In this document: in pieces, positions 42,479-53,427 of the stretch
Layout: every line of letters starts with the position of its first letter
How positions within the stretch are numbered: position 1 is the stretch's first letter
DNA from: an uncultured Gemmatimonadaceae bacterium
Lineage (GTDB): Bacteria > Gemmatimonadota > Gemmatimonadetes > Longimicrobiales > RSA9
Assembly: GCA_964391035.1 (NCBI GenBank)
Contig: CAYMLW010000002.1
Location: 1 to 53,509 of the forward strand
Reading direction: 5' to 3'
Length of the DNA stretch: 53,509 bases
The notes under the pieces: model-generated
The model's input: the letters and a program-made list of their open reading frames with translations, nothing else
The model's database searches: none
Told to the model about the DNA's origin: nothing
Made by a program: the position numbers and the translations under genes

Positions 42479-42506
42479 TAAAGTCGCGCGGGGATGGTGC
42501 CGATAT
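42479..42506 (+). promoter_or_regulatory. sigma-28 promoter candidate for flgL-fliW
   Basis: Plus strand reads TAAA-GTCGCGCGGGGATGGT(16)-GCCGATAT. It lies about 70 nt upstream of the flgL GTG. Confidence 0.55.
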
Positions 42507-42574
42507 TGGGAGCGTATGATAACCATCGGCTGTCGGCCCGCAAAGGGGCGACGCGGGGTGCGGAGGGAAACGAC

Positions 42575-43453
42575 GTGAGAATTACCAGCAACGCGATCCA
42601 GCGAGAGTCGCTGGCCACGATCCAGGACAGCATGAGCGCGATCGCGGAAGCCCAGCGCCGCGTGACCACGGGCAAGCGGATCAATGCCCCGTCGGATGAC
42701 CCCGTGGCCGCGGACGCGCTGCTCCGTACCCGAAGACGCAGCCGTGCACTGACGCAGTACGCACGGAACATCGATCAGGCGGACGCGCGGCTCCGGACGG
42801 AGGAAATGGTCCTCGAGGGGGTGACGGACCTGCTGACCCGCGCGAAGGAGCTGGGCGTGTCGGCCATGGGCCCGGTCATTGGGGATGAGACCGCCCTGGA
42901 GGCCATGGCGGCGGAAGTGGACGCCCTCCTGGAAGCGGCGATCCAGTCGGCGAACACCCGCTTCGGCAGCGGCTACCTGTTCGGCGGCTCGAGTCCCGAC
43001 CTGGCGCCCGTCCTCGACGACGGGACGGTCCGACCGGAGGCCGAGGGCGCCCACCAGGTCGACATCGGCGCCTCGTCCTGGTTCCGGACGAACCACGACG
43101 GGCACGAGGTGTTCGAGGCGACGGGCGTGCTGACCGTTCTCTCCGACCTGGCGACGGCCCTGAGAGCCGGAGACACCGAGAGCATCACCACGGGCCTGAG
43201 CGAGATCGATACGGCATTCGGGGAGATCCAGTCCAAGGTGGCGGAGGTAGGCGCCCGCATGAACCGGCTGGAAGTGGCCCGCTCGAATGTCGAGGCCCTC
43301 GATCTCAATCTCCGGACCCTCCAGTCCGATCTCGAGGACGCGGATATCGAGAAGGCCGTCTCGGACCTCGTGGGTCGGCAGATGGCCTACCAGGCCGCGC
43401 TGCTGGCCACCTCGAAGATCCTGTCCACCACCCTGACCGACTACCTGCGATGA
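42575..43453 (+). CDS. flgL: hook-filament junction protein FlgL (HAP3)
   Basis: GTG 42575 lies 7 nt after GGAGGG. 'RITSNAIQRESLATIQ...RRVTTGKRINAPSDDPVAA' is the flagellin-N-like FlgL motif. The C-terminus reads 'QAALLATSKILSTTLTDYL'. Confidence 0.85.
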   Translation: MRITSNAIQRESLATIQDSMSAIAEAQRRVTTGKRINAPSDDPVAADALLRTRRRSRALTQYARNIDQADARLRTEEMVLEGVTDLLTRAKELGVSAMGPVIGDETALEAMAAEVDALLEAAIQSANTRFGSGYLFGGSSPDLAPVLDDGTVRPEAEGAHQVDIGASSWFRTNHDGHEVFEATGVLTVLSDLATALRAGDTESITTGLSEIDTAFGEIQSKVAEVGARMNRLEVARSNVEALDLNLRTLQSDLEDADIEKAVSDLVGRQMAYQAALLATSKILSTTLTDYLR

Positions 43454-43923
43454 GTCTGGCCGCGATCAAGTCTCCGACCCCGGACATGGTGAACGTACCC
43501 TCCGATGTGCTCGGCGAGCTGCGGCTCCCGCCGGACCAGCTGATCCATTTCCCCGCCGGGCTCCTCGGGTTCCCGGATACGCGCAGCTACGTGCTCGTGC
43601 CGACCCGCCGCGCAGGGTCCTACTGGCTGCAGTCCGCAGAGCACTCCTCGCTGATCTTCTTCGTCATCGACCCGTTCCAGCATTTCGAGGAATACGCCGT
43701 CGATCTGTCGGCTGGACAGGTCGAGGCCATCGGCGCCCGGACCCAGGACGACGTCGCGATCCTCGCCATCGTCACGCTTCCTTCCGGAGACGCGGCGCCG
43801 GCCACGGTAAACCTCCAGGGCCCGCTGGCCCTCAACATGGCCGACCGGGTGGGGTGTCAGGTGATCCTGCGGGACTCCGGACTGGGCGTCCGCCGGCCCT
43901 TGCCGATGGAGGATCTGGTCTGA
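43450..43923 (+). CDS. fliW: flagellar assembly factor FliW (CsrA antagonist)
   Basis: 'IHFPAGLLGFPDTRSYVLVP...YWLQSAEHSSLIFFVIDPF' and 'ATVNLQGPLALN' are FliW signatures. There is an ATGA overlap with flgL. Confidence 0.9.
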   Translation: MSLAAIKSPTPDMVNVPSDVLGELRLPPDQLIHFPAGLLGFPDTRSYVLVPTRRAGSYWLQSAEHSSLIFFVIDPFQHFEEYAVDLSAGQVEAIGARTQDDVAILAIVTLPSGDAAPATVNLQGPLALNMADRVGCQVILRDSGLGVRRPLPMEDLV

Positions 43924-43958
43924 TCGAGGGCGGGCATTCGGGGCCACCGCGAACAGGC

Positions 43959-44001
43959 CACGGCCCGGGGCGGCAGCCACGCCCCGGGCCGTGTTCGTTC
44001 C
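43959..44001. terminator. bidirectional hairpin terminator between fliW and cheB
   Basis: Perfect 13-bp stem CACGGCCCGGGGC-(9 nt)-GCCCCGGGCCGTG, followed by TTCGTTCC on the plus strand. It lies between convergent gene ends. Confidence 0.6.
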
Positions 44002-44019
44002 TCCCGCCGGCTGGATCGC

Positions 44020-45462
<1,443 letters not shown>

Positions 45463-45473
<11 letters not shown>

Positions 45474-45849
45474 CGGGTTCCTCCACCATGAGCCGGATCT
45501 GCTCGCCCAGCAGCTCCGGCGTGAACGGCTTGTGCACGAAACCTTCCACCTTCGGCGTGAGTCGCGCCAGCCGCGTTTCCCCGCGCTCGGTGGACACGAC
45601 CAGGACCGGCACGTCCTCGTGTCGGTGGTCGGCCCGCATCCGGTCGATCAGCTCCTCGCCGTCCATGACGGGCATGTTGATGTCCACCAGCGCCAGGTCG
45701 AACGGGTCGCTCTCGAGGGCCTCGAGGGCGACCGCACCGTTGCCGGCCTCCTCGACGTGACCCAGCTGCAGCCCCGTGAGCTCGAGGGTGCGCAGGATCA
45801 GCCGTCGCATGACCGCGCTGTCGTCCACCACAAGGACTCTGAGGGCCAT
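45463..45849 (-). CDS. cheY: CheY-like single-domain response regulator
   Basis: ATG 45849. '[14 protein letters not shown]', 'DLALVDINMPVMDG' and 'FVHKPFT'. Confidence 0.85.
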
Positions 45850-45863
45850 TCCGTGCCTCGTTC

Positions 45864-46349
45864 CTAGAGCGTGCGGTCCGAGCCCGCGGACCGCACGGTG
45901 ACGGTGCCCGTCGCCACGTCGTAGTGCAGGTCCCGACTTCCCTTCCCCCCCACATCGTGCCCCTGGATCAGGACGCCGTTCTTCCATAGCAGCTTGCGCA
46001 GCATCACCAGATTGCGTTTCCCGATCTGGAACGAGTCGGTGGCCTGGTCGACCCGGCCGGCCCCGCCGGCCACCTTCACCACGATTCGATCCTTCTTGGC
46101 GCCGGCCCGGCGACAGGCGTCGAACAGCATCGGGACTCCGGTGTCGACGAACATCCAGGGCGTCTGCTTCGCCTTCTCCTCGTTGATCCGGGAGCTGGGC
46201 AGCATGACATGCAGCATGCCTCCGATCCCCGCTACCGGGTCGTGGGCCACGATTCCGAGACAGCTTCCCAGGGCGTGCGTGACCAACAGGTCACCGGGTC
46301 GTCCGAGCTTCATGTCTGCGATCCCGACCACGATGCGCCTCCCGTTCAT
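45864..46349 (-). CDS. cheD: chemoreceptor glutamine deamidase CheD
   Basis: 'THALGSCLGIVAHDPVAGIGGMLHVMLP' contains the catalytic Cys/His context of CheD. Confidence 0.9.
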   Translation of the reverse strand: MNGRRIVVGIADMKLGRPGDLLVTHALGSCLGIVAHDPVAGIGGMLHVMLPSSRINEEKAKQTPWMFVDTGVPMLFDACRRAGAKKDRIVVKVAGGAGRVDQATDSFQIGKRNLVMLRKLLWKNGVLIQGHDVGGKGSRDLHYDVATGTVTVRSAGSDRTL

Positions 46350-47140
46350 CGGATGTACACGGCCGGCCGGACATACCGGAACGCGTGAGACAGGCCGGTC
46401 AGGCTCTCACTGTGACCCACGTACAGGTAGCCACCATCCTTGAGCATCCCGTGGAAGCGTTGTACGAGTCGCTCCCGGACCGCACGATCGAAGTAGATCA
46501 TGACATTGCGGCAGAAGATCACGTCGAACGGGCCGCGCATCGGCCAGTCCGCCATGAGGTTCAGGTGGGCGAAGGCCACCCGGGTCCGGATCCCTCGGGC
46601 CATCCGGATCCGTCCGGGGCCGGCGGCCTCGAAGTAGCGGACCCGAAACGCCACGGGCACGCCTTCGATGAGGGAATCCGCGTACTCGCCCGTCCGCGCG
46701 TGCGTCAACGACCGGGTCGAGATATCGGTGGCCAGGATCCGGGCGGCCTCGAGTCGCGCTTCGGCCAGGAGCATGGCCAGCGTGTAGGGCTCCTCCCCGG
46801 TCGCGCACCCGGCGCTCCACAACCGCGGTTCCCTTCCGAGAGCGGGCACGACCTCTTCGACCAGGTGGTCGAAATGGGCGGCCTCCCGGAAGAACGACGT
46901 CTTGTTCGTCGTGAGGGCGTCGACCATACACGCCAGCTCGCCGCCCGTCGCATCCTCGTCCACGAACCGCAGATACGACGGGAAGTCCGGCAGACCGAGA
47001 GCCCGGAGACGTTTCGTCAGCCGTGACCGTACGAGCATCTCCTTGCCCGGGGGGATGCGGATCCCCGCCACTTCCTGCATCGTCGCGCTGATCTGCTGGA
47101 ACGCCTTCGCGGGAAGCTCCAGCGGTGGATACCCGTTCAT
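46346..47140 (-). CDS. cheR: chemotaxis methyltransferase CheR
   Basis: ATG 47140. 'TTNKTSFFREAAHF', 'LWSAGCATGEEPYTLAM' and 'FDVIFCRNVMIYFD' are the SAM-MTase CheR blocks. Confidence 0.9.
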   Translation of the reverse strand: MNGYPPLELPAKAFQQISATMQEVAGIRIPPGKEMLVRSRLTKRLRALGLPDFPSYLRFVDEDATGGELACMVDALTTNKTSFFREAAHFDHLVEEVVPALGREPRLWSAGCATGEEPYTLAMLLAEARLEAARILATDISTRSLTHARTGEYADSLIEGVPVAFRVRYFEAAGPGRIRMARGIRTRVAFAHLNLMADWPMRGPFDVIFCRNVMIYFDRAVRERLVQRFHGMLKDGGYLYVGHSESLTGLSHAFRYVRPAVYIR

Positions 47141-47210
47141 CCGTCTAACCGTCGTGGAAGTCGACCGCTCTGTGGGTGTATTTTCGGCCGGCCGGCGGAC
47201 CGCCTTTAGC

Positions 47211-47660
47211 TCAGGACAGGGCGGCACGGCATGCGGTGAGGAGCCGCTCGCCGTTCAGGACGGCGAGGGGGAAGGGCTGGAGGGCGACGCCGATCAGCAG
47301 CTCGGCCGGGATCTCGAGAGCCCCGGCGACATCGTGGATGCCGCGGTCCGCCAGCTCGATGATCTCGCACGTGCGGTCGACCCGCAGCCCGTACCGACCA
47401 GGCCCGCCCTGGACGACGATCAGGGACTCGCTCCGGTCCAGGCTCCGGGCCGGGAGGCCGAGAAGGGCAGCGAAGTCGAGGACGGGGACCGTGGACCCGT
47501 CGACATCGATGCCGAGCCCCCCCCCACCGGTGGGACGGACGGCCGCCGTGCCACGAATGTGCTGGACCAACGACAGGGGAATGGCGAGGTCGTGAGGCGC
47601 CACGTGAACCTGGAGGTACTGCGCGACCTCCGGCCGGGGGTCCTGCCCGCTGTCCACCAT
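47211..47660 (-). CDS. cheW: coupling protein CheW
   Basis: A single CheW-like domain with 'YLQVHVAPHDLAIPLSLVQHI', 'VPVLDFAALLG' and 'YGLRVDRTCEIIEL'. Confidence 0.85.
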   Translation of the reverse strand: MVDSGQDPRPEVAQYLQVHVAPHDLAIPLSLVQHIRGTAAVRPTGGGGLGIDVDGSTVPVLDFAALLGLPARSLDRSESLIVVQGGPGRYGLRVDRTCEIIELADRGIHDVAGALEIPAELLIGVALQPFPLAVLNGERLLTACRAALS

Positions 47661-47728
47661 GGTCTCCCTCCTTCCTCCCTGTTCCTGATCAGGAATATCG
47701 GCGAGCCCGGAGGACGGCTCCTTAAGGA

Positions 47729-47747
47729 CGGATTAAGCTGGGATTAA
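47729..47747 (+). promoter_or_regulatory. direct repeat GGATTAAG x2 with 11-bp phasing (candidate regulator site)
   Basis: GGATTAAG occurs at 47729..47736 and 47740..47747. It lies in the AT-richest part of the divergent cheW / response-regulator intergenic region. Confidence 0.3.
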
Positions 47748-47755
47748 GAGACCAT

Positions 47756-47782
47756 TAAAACTCTCGCGCCGCCGTCCGATAC
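47756..47782 (+). promoter_or_regulatory. sigma-28-type promoter candidate for the OmpR-family regulator
   Basis: Plus strand reads TAAA-ACTCTCGCGCCGCCG(15)-TCCGATAC. It lies 32 nt upstream of ATG 47814, which is preceded by GAGGAGGAAG. Confidence 0.4.
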
Positions 47783-47813
47783 TCTTCGACAGCGAACCCA
47801 CAGAGGAGGAAGC

Positions 47814-48503
47814 ATGGCGGACAAGCGACCGATCCGCGCTCTCGTGGTCGACGACGATCCCGGGATCACTCTGCTGGTACGGAGGGCGCTCGAGGAGGAC
47901 GGTCTCGCCGTGGACATCGAGACCACCGGCCCGGCGGCCGAGGACAGGCTCCTGAGCGAGGACTACGACGTGGTCCTCCTGGACGTCGGGCTGCCGGGGA
48001 AGTCGGGGCTCGATGTCCTCCGGTCGGTACGTCGGGCGCGGCGTCGCACGTTGATCCTGATGCTGACCGTCCGCCACCGGGCCGACCAGGTGGTTCAGGG
48101 ACTGGACGCGGGCGCCGACGACTACCTCGGCAAGCCCTTCTCCATCGGCGAGCTCACGGCCCGGGTCCGGGCCCTGCTCCGGCGTCGCCAGCAGCCCCTC
48201 TGCTCCTCGCTGGAGTTCGCGGGCATCACCGTCGACCGGTCCCAACGCAAGGTCGAGGTCGGCGGCGATCCGGTCCGCCTCACCGCCCGGGAGTTCGACC
48301 TCCTCGAGTACCTCATGCGGCAGCCTCAACGGGTCGTCCCCCGGGAAGAGCTGCTGGACCGGGTCTGGTCCATGGACTTCGATCCCGGGACCAACGTGAT
48401 CGATGTCCACGTCTCGAATCTGCGGCGGAAGCTGAACCGGAGGCGTGCCGCCGCCCGGATCCGGACGGAACGTGGTGTCGGCTTCGCTCTGACCACCGGG
48501 TGA
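47814..48503 (+). CDS. OmpR/PhoB-family response regulator
   Basis: REC domain ('ALVVDDDPG', 'DVVLLDVGLPGKSG', 'DYLGKPF') plus a winged-helix domain ('LTAREFDLLEYLM', 'VIDVHVSNLRRKL', 'RGVGF'). Confidence 0.9.
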   Translation: MADKRPIRALVVDDDPGITLLVRRALEEDGLAVDIETTGPAAEDRLLSEDYDVVLLDVGLPGKSGLDVLRSVRRARRRTLILMLTVRHRADQVVQGLDAGADDYLGKPFSIGELTARVRALLRRRQQPLCSSLEFAGITVDRSQRKVEVGGDPVRLTAREFDLLEYLMRQPQRVVPREELLDRVWSMDFDPGTNVIDVHVSNLRRKLNRRRAAARIRTERGVGFALTTG

Positions 48504-48512
48504 CCGACCTCC

Positions 48513-50657
48513 TCAGCCCAGGTCCAGCACCTCCCGGACGGCCCGCTCGAGGCCTCGCCCCGTGTACGGCTTGGCCAGGAACGGGCCGTCCTTGACCCCA
48601 CACCGAGTCAGTTCCTCTCCGGGATACCCGGACACGAAGAGCACCGGGACCCGACCCAGGCGCGCTTCCAGCTCCCCGTGGAGGGCGGGACCCGTCAGGC
48701 CGGGCATCACGACGTCCGTCACGAGCAGGTCGATGGGGTCCGCGTACAGCCCGGCCATCCGCAGCGCATCCTCCCCGTTCGCGGCGGAAAGGACCACGTA
48801 GCCCCGATCTCGCAGGCTGCGGGCGGCCAGGGCCCGGAGACTCGTCTCGTCCTCGACCAGCAGAAGCGTCTCCCCCGAGGCCGGCGCCATCTCGGGGTCG
48901 GGTGCGACCTCATCCCCCACCTCGGCCTCGTGGCCCGGGAAGTAGGCCGAGAAGGTCGTGCCCTGGCCGGGCCGTGACTCGACCCGGATCCCTGCGCCGG
49001 CCTCCCGCACGATGCCGAAGACCGTGCTGAGGCCGAGGCCCGTGCCGCCAGCCTTGGTCGTGAAGAACGGGTCGAAGATGTGGTCGAGGGTGTCCTCCGG
49101 GACGCCCGCACCGGTGTCCGACACGGAGAGCCGTACGTACCGACCCGGCTCGATGTCTCCAAACCGACCGGGGATGGTCTCCACCACGTCGACATCCGCC
49201 GTTTCGAGACGGACCGTGCCGCCCCCGGGCATGGCGTCCCGTGCGTTGACCACCAGGTTGAGAATCACCTGCTCCAGGTGTCCGGGATCCGCTCGGATGG
49301 TCCACCGCCGGGCCGCGAGCTCGGTTTCCAGTCCCACCGTCTCCGGGAGCAGCCGCCGGACCAGGGCGTCCACCTCGCCGACCACCGTGTTCGCATCCAG
49401 GACCCTGGGCTGGAAGACCTCGCGGCGACTGAAGACCAGGAGCTGCCGGGTCAAGCGGGCGGCCCGGGCCACGGCATCCGTGATGCCGCCGGCCTCCGCC
49501 TGGAGGGGGTCGGTGACGGTGAGCCGCTTCCCCAGGTACTCGGCGTGACCGCCGATGACCGTCAGGATGTTGTTGAAGTCGTGGGCCACGCCGCCGGCGA
49601 GACGCCCGACGGCTTCCATCTTCTGAGCCTGGCGGAGCTCCGCCTCCTGGGCCCGCAACGCCTCCTCCATCGCGACCCGCTCCGAAACGTCCCGGGCGGT
49701 TACCACAATGCCCTCGACCGCCGGCGTCGCGAGGAGGTTGCGGACCGCGGCCTCCAGGTGACGGACCCCGCCGTCGGCGTGGCGCACCCTCAGACGCACC
49801 GAGACCACCTCGTCCGGCGATTCGAGGACCCGGCCGAACGTCTCGAGCGCCCGCGGGACGTCCGCCTCGACCACCACCTCGGCGAATGACGGGCCGTCCA
49901 GCGCCCCCGATCGGTAGCCCATGATCCGGGTGACCGACGGGCTGCCGTACCGGATGCGGCCATCCGGACGCAGGACGAGTACGATGTCCGAGCCGTTCTC
50001 GATCAGCGCGCGAAAGTACTCCTCGTTCCGCTTCAGGAGCCGCCGCGTCTGCTCCGCCTCCCAGAACCGCCGACTGAGCGACCGGTGGGCGCCCGCCATC
50101 TCCTCGGTCCGCTCGTCGACCCGTCGCTCCAGCTCGTCCCGCGCGGCGCATAGCCGCGTACGCAGCAGCTCCTGCTCCTCGAGAGCCATGACCACGGCCC
50201 GGATCGCGAGCGCCAGGAGCACGACCGTCGCCAGCCCGAGACCGACGGGCGGCCGCACCGGAGGGGCCTGCCCCCACCGCCCGAGGCCGCCTACCGCCAG
50301 CGCGGCCGGATAGCCCACGAGTGCCCACCCGATCCGGCGGGGGTAGAGCGCCCGCTTCGTGAACGCTCCGACCGCGAACGCCACCACTTCCTGCGTCACG
50401 CCCGCGCCCAGGCCGAGGGCGCCGAGGGTCAGGAACGCCGTGGCATCGGCGCTACTCGGGAGGCGACCGGGCCCAAGCGCCCTGGCCCACTGGATCAGGA
50501 CGAGGACGACGCCGAGACCCCCCGCAGCGCCGACGAGGTCGGGTCGGCCGGCCAGATCACGGAGCAGGACAAGGCCCAGCGCCGCGTTGACCAGGAGGAG
50601 CCCCAGGCGCAGCCTGCCCAGCGGGGATTCCAGGACCGCGAAGAGATGGCTCGTCAT
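48513..50657 (-). CDS. hybrid sensor histidine kinase (membrane, PAS, HisKA, HATPase, REC)
   Basis: H-box 'GGVAHDFNNILTVIGG', N/G boxes 'NLVVNARDAMPGGG' and 'DTGAGV...GTGLGLS', and a C-terminal REC 'LLLVEDETS...DLLVTDVVMPGLTG'. The start may be 50657 or 50732. Confidence 0.85.
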   Translation of the reverse strand: MTSHLFAVLESPLGRLRLGLLLVNAALGLVLLRDLAGRPDLVGAAGGLGVVLVLIQWARALGPGRLPSSADATAFLTLGALGLGAGVTQEVVAFAVGAFTKRALYPRRIGWALVGYPAALAVGGLGRWGQAPPVRPPVGLGLATVVLLALAIRAVVMALEEQELLRTRLCAARDELERRVDERTEEMAGAHRSLSRRFWEAEQTRRLLKRNEEYFRALIENGSDIVLVLRPDGRIRYGSPSVTRIMGYRSGALDGPSFAEVVVEADVPRALETFGRVLESPDEVVSVRLRVRHADGGVRHLEAAVRNLLATPAVEGIVVTARDVSERVAMEEALRAQEAELRQAQKMEAVGRLAGGVAHDFNNILTVIGGHAEYLGKRLTVTDPLQAEAGGITDAVARAARLTRQLLVFSRREVFQPRVLDANTVVGEVDALVRRLLPETVGLETELAARRWTIRADPGHLEQVILNLVVNARDAMPGGGTVRLETADVDVVETIPGRFGDIEPGRYVRLSVSDTGAGVPEDTLDHIFDPFFTTKAGGTGLGLSTVFGIVREAGAGIRVESRPGQGTTFSAYFPGHEAEVGDEVAPDPEMAPASGETLLLVEDETSLRALAARSLRDRGYVVLSAANGEDALRMAGLYADPIDLLVTDVVMPGLTGPALHGELEARLGRVPVLFVSGYPGEELTRCGVKDGPFLAKPYTGRGLERAVREVLDLG

Positions 50658-50785
50658 GGCACGCTCCCACGCCGTCGGGGATCCATGACCACGCCCACCA
50701 GGGCGACGTGTCCGGGTGGGCGCGGTGAGCATGGGTCATCCTGACCGGGCCGGTGCGGGACTCCCGCGCACCGGCCCTTCTGATC

Positions 50786-52948
50786 TCAGAACTCTCGCAG
50801 GACTGCGTCGTCGTCGAACGGGATCAGCTCTTCCGCCTTCCTGGAGCTCTTGCCCTTTCCCACGGCTCCGTTGCCGCCCCCCTTCGCGGCACCTGCCGCA
50901 CCGGCGGGCACCGGCTTGGGCGCGTCCGCCTTCCCCGCCGGCGCGGGCTTCGCCGTACTCCCGGACGCGACGCCGACGGAGCGCGCCTGGCTGTCCGTGC
51001 CATGGATCCGGAACGAGGCGATCAGCTCCCGGACCCGACCGGCCCGGCCCGTGAGTTCCTGGGCTACGCTCGCGCTCTCCTCCGCGCTCGCGGCCGTGTT
51101 CTGGGTCACGCCGTTCATCTCCTGCACGGCGCTGTTGATCTGGTCCACACCGTCGGTCTGTTGCTCGCTGGCCGCGGCGATCTCCGCCATGACCTCGCGC
51201 ACCCGACCTACACCGGACTCGATCTCCCGGAGCTGCTCGAGCACCTGCCCCTGCACTGCCACGCCCTCGTCGGCGTTCGTGACGCTGTCCTCGATCAGCT
51301 CGGATGTGTTCTTCGCGGCCTCCGCGCTCCGCATGGCCAGCGCCCGGACCTCCTCCGCCACGACCGCGAAGCCCTTGCCGGCCTCGCCGGCACGGGCCGC
51401 CTCCACGGCCGCGTTCAGCGCCAGAAGGTTGGTCTGGAAGGCGATCTCGTCGATGGTCTTCACGATCTTCGCCGTGGCGTCGCTGGACTCCTTGATCTTC
51501 TCCATGGCGTCGCTCAGGCGACCCATCCCCTCGACGCCCTTCCCCGTGCTGCCCGCGGCGCCTTCCGCCATGCTCCGGGCTTCCTGCGCGTTGCCCGTGT
51601 TCTGGCGGGCCATGCTGGCCATCTCCTGGAGCGAGCTCGACACCTCCTCCAGGCTCGACGCCTGCTCGCTCGAGCCCTGGGCCAGCGTCTGGCTGCTGCC
51701 GCTAATCTGGTCAGCCGCGGCGGCCACGTGCTCTGCGGCGCCCGCCACCTCGGCGAGGGCGGACTCGATGTTGTCGAGTGCGGCGTTGACGGACCGCTTG
51801 ATCTTCGCGTGGTCGCCATGGTAGTCGCCCTGGACCCGGACCGTGAGGTCCCGGGCCGCCACGTGCTCGAGGACATCGGCCGCCTCCTCGATCGGGTCGA
51901 GGACGGCATCGAGGGTCTCGTTGATCCCCTGGACCACGTCCCGGAACGCACCCTCCAGCCGGCCGCTGTCGGCGCGCTTCTTCAGGTCGCCTTCCTGTGC
52001 CGCCGTGGTCAGGCTGTTCGCCTGCTCGACGAGCGTCCGGAGCGATTCCCTCATGCGGATCATGACGGGCGAGATCTCGTCCTCGTCGTCCACGCGGTGC
52101 ACCTCCATGTCCACCTGGCCGCGGGACATGGCGTCGAACACCCCGAGCATGTGGACCTTCAGGTCGCTCGTGAAGCTGTCCAGGCTCCCCCCGAACTCGC
52201 CGATCTCGTCCTTCTGATCGAGCCCGACGCGCTCGCTGAGGTGCCCCTTGCCGACTTCCTTCATCACGGCGACCACCCGCTTCAACGGCTCGGTGATGCT
52301 CCGGGCCACCGCCCAGGCCAGCACGCCGGAAACCAGTAGCCCCAGAATCCCCAACAGGATCAGGAGGGTGCGACCGGACGCGTAGAACCCGTCGGCCGCG
52401 AGGCCTTCTGCTTCGACCTGAGACTCCTCGAAGTCGATGAAGGCCTGGGCCGCCGTGTGGAGCTTCTGGAGCGCCGGGGATACGTTGCGCTGGAGAGCGG
52501 CGCTGGCCTGCACGATGGAACCCTCGCCTTCCATGAGGCTGATCAGGCCGTCGAAGGCGGCCTTGAACTCGTCATCCGCCGCCACCACGGCTTCGAGCAT
52601 GGCCCGCTCGTCCGGGGCGTGGACCAGGCGCTCCAGCGAGTCCAGCGCAGCAGACTGGCGGGCCTGGCTGGCGGTGCGTCCGTCAATCAGCGCGGCCCGC
52701 TCCGAGGCGTCGGCGGCGAAGAACAGCCGGAACGCATTCAGTCCTTCGGCGCTGGCTTCGTCCTTGATGGCATTGGCGAGCTTGACCTTGATCCATGCCT
52801 CGTCGCTGATCGTGTTGGTGATGTCGTACAGCCCGCCGAGGCGGTTCAGCCCGATCCCGTACCCGACGGCCACCATCATGGCTAGGAGCCCGAAGGCCAG
52901 CGCGAGCCGACGGCCGATCTTCACGTCGTTGATCCACTTCATCTCCAA
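50786..52948 (-). CDS. methyl-accepting chemotaxis protein
   Basis: Two TM segments flank a four-helix sensor, followed by HAMP repeats. The signalling hairpin is 'IDEIAFQTNLLALNAAVEAARAGEAGKGFAVVAEEVRALA'. Confidence 0.92.
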   Translation of the reverse strand: MEMKWINDVKIGRRLALAFGLLAMMVAVGYGIGLNRLGGLYDITNTISDEAWIKVKLANAIKDEASAEGLNAFRLFFAADASERAALIDGRTASQARQSAALDSLERLVHAPDERAMLEAVVAADDEFKAAFDGLISLMEGEGSIVQASAALQRNVSPALQKLHTAAQAFIDFEESQVEAEGLAADGFYASGRTLLILLGILGLLVSGVLAWAVARSITEPLKRVVAVMKEVGKGHLSERVGLDQKDEIGEFGGSLDSFTSDLKVHMLGVFDAMSRGQVDMEVHRVDDEDEISPVMIRMRESLRTLVEQANSLTTAAQEGDLKKRADSGRLEGAFRDVVQGINETLDAVLDPIEEAADVLEHVAARDLTVRVQGDYHGDHAKIKRSVNAALDNIESALAEVAGAAEHVAAAADQISGSSQTLAQGSSEQASSLEEVSSSLQEMASMARQNTGNAQEARSMAEGAAGSTGKGVEGMGRLSDAMEKIKESSDATAKIVKTIDEIAFQTNLLALNAAVEAARAGEAGKGFAVVAEEVRALAMRSAEAAKNTSELIEDSVTNADEGVAVQGQVLEQLREIESGVGRVREVMAEIAAASEQQTDGVDQINSAVQEMNGVTQNTAASAEESASVAQELTGRAGRVRELIASFRIHGTDSQARSVGVASGSTAKPAPAGKADAPKPVPAGAAGAAKGGGNGAVGKGKSSRKAEELIPFDDDAVLREF

Positions 52949-52985
52949 CCTCCTGCTCCGGGAGCAGCCTCCGTTGGGGTACGCG

Positions 52986-53378
52986 TCAGCCGCTGGCGAA
53001 CACGATCGGGAAGATCACGCGGGTCCTCACGGCACTCCCGTCTACCATGCCGGGGACGAACTCGATGTTCGCGACGGCCGTGCGGGCGGCGTTGGCCAGC
53101 TCCTCGTTGTCCGCCGACTGTACGACGATCGAGGCCGCGTCCACCGATCCCGACGCCGTCAGCTCGAACTGGAGGGTGACCTTGCCCCCGACGCCCCTGC
53201 TCTGGAGACTGCGCGGGTACGCCTTCTGAATGGCCTGCTGTGCGGCCATCGGCGACGCGATCCGCGGCTTCTCGGTGAGTTGGCTCAGCTCGTACACCGT
53301 CTGGGCCGAGGACCCGGAAGCGAAGGTGAACGCGATTGCCACGAGGGCGATCATGGATGGAATCGTGCGTACAGACAT
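52986..53378 (-). CDS. secreted TonB-C-terminal-domain-like protein
   Basis: A signal peptide is followed by 'YPRSLQSRGVGGKVTLQFELTASGSV...VPGMVDGSAVRTRVIFPIVF', typical of the TonB_C fold. Confidence 0.6.
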   Translation of the reverse strand: MSVRTIPSMIALVAIAFTFASGSSAQTVYELSQLTEKPRIASPMAAQQAIQKAYPRSLQSRGVGGKVTLQFELTASGSVDAASIVVQSADNEELANAARTAVANIEFVPGMVDGSAVRTRVIFPIVFASG

Positions 53379-53427
53379 GGGTTCTGCCTCTCTTCTGCTC
53401 GTGGTCCCACAACCGGGTCATTCGGGA

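Noticed and set aside
47695-47702. A perfect sigma-28 -10-like GCCGATAT (minus strand), 35 nt upstream of cheW.
   Set aside because: No TAAA-like -35 is present at a 14-16 nt spacing. The nearest TTAA is 19 nt away. This is not enough for a promoter call, so the cheW operon promoter remains unidentified.
50786-50803. The MCP C-terminus '...AVLREF', considered as a CheR/CheB-tethering pentapeptide.
   Set aside because: The known tether is xWxxF with an essential Trp. Here the position is Leu, so I do not call it.
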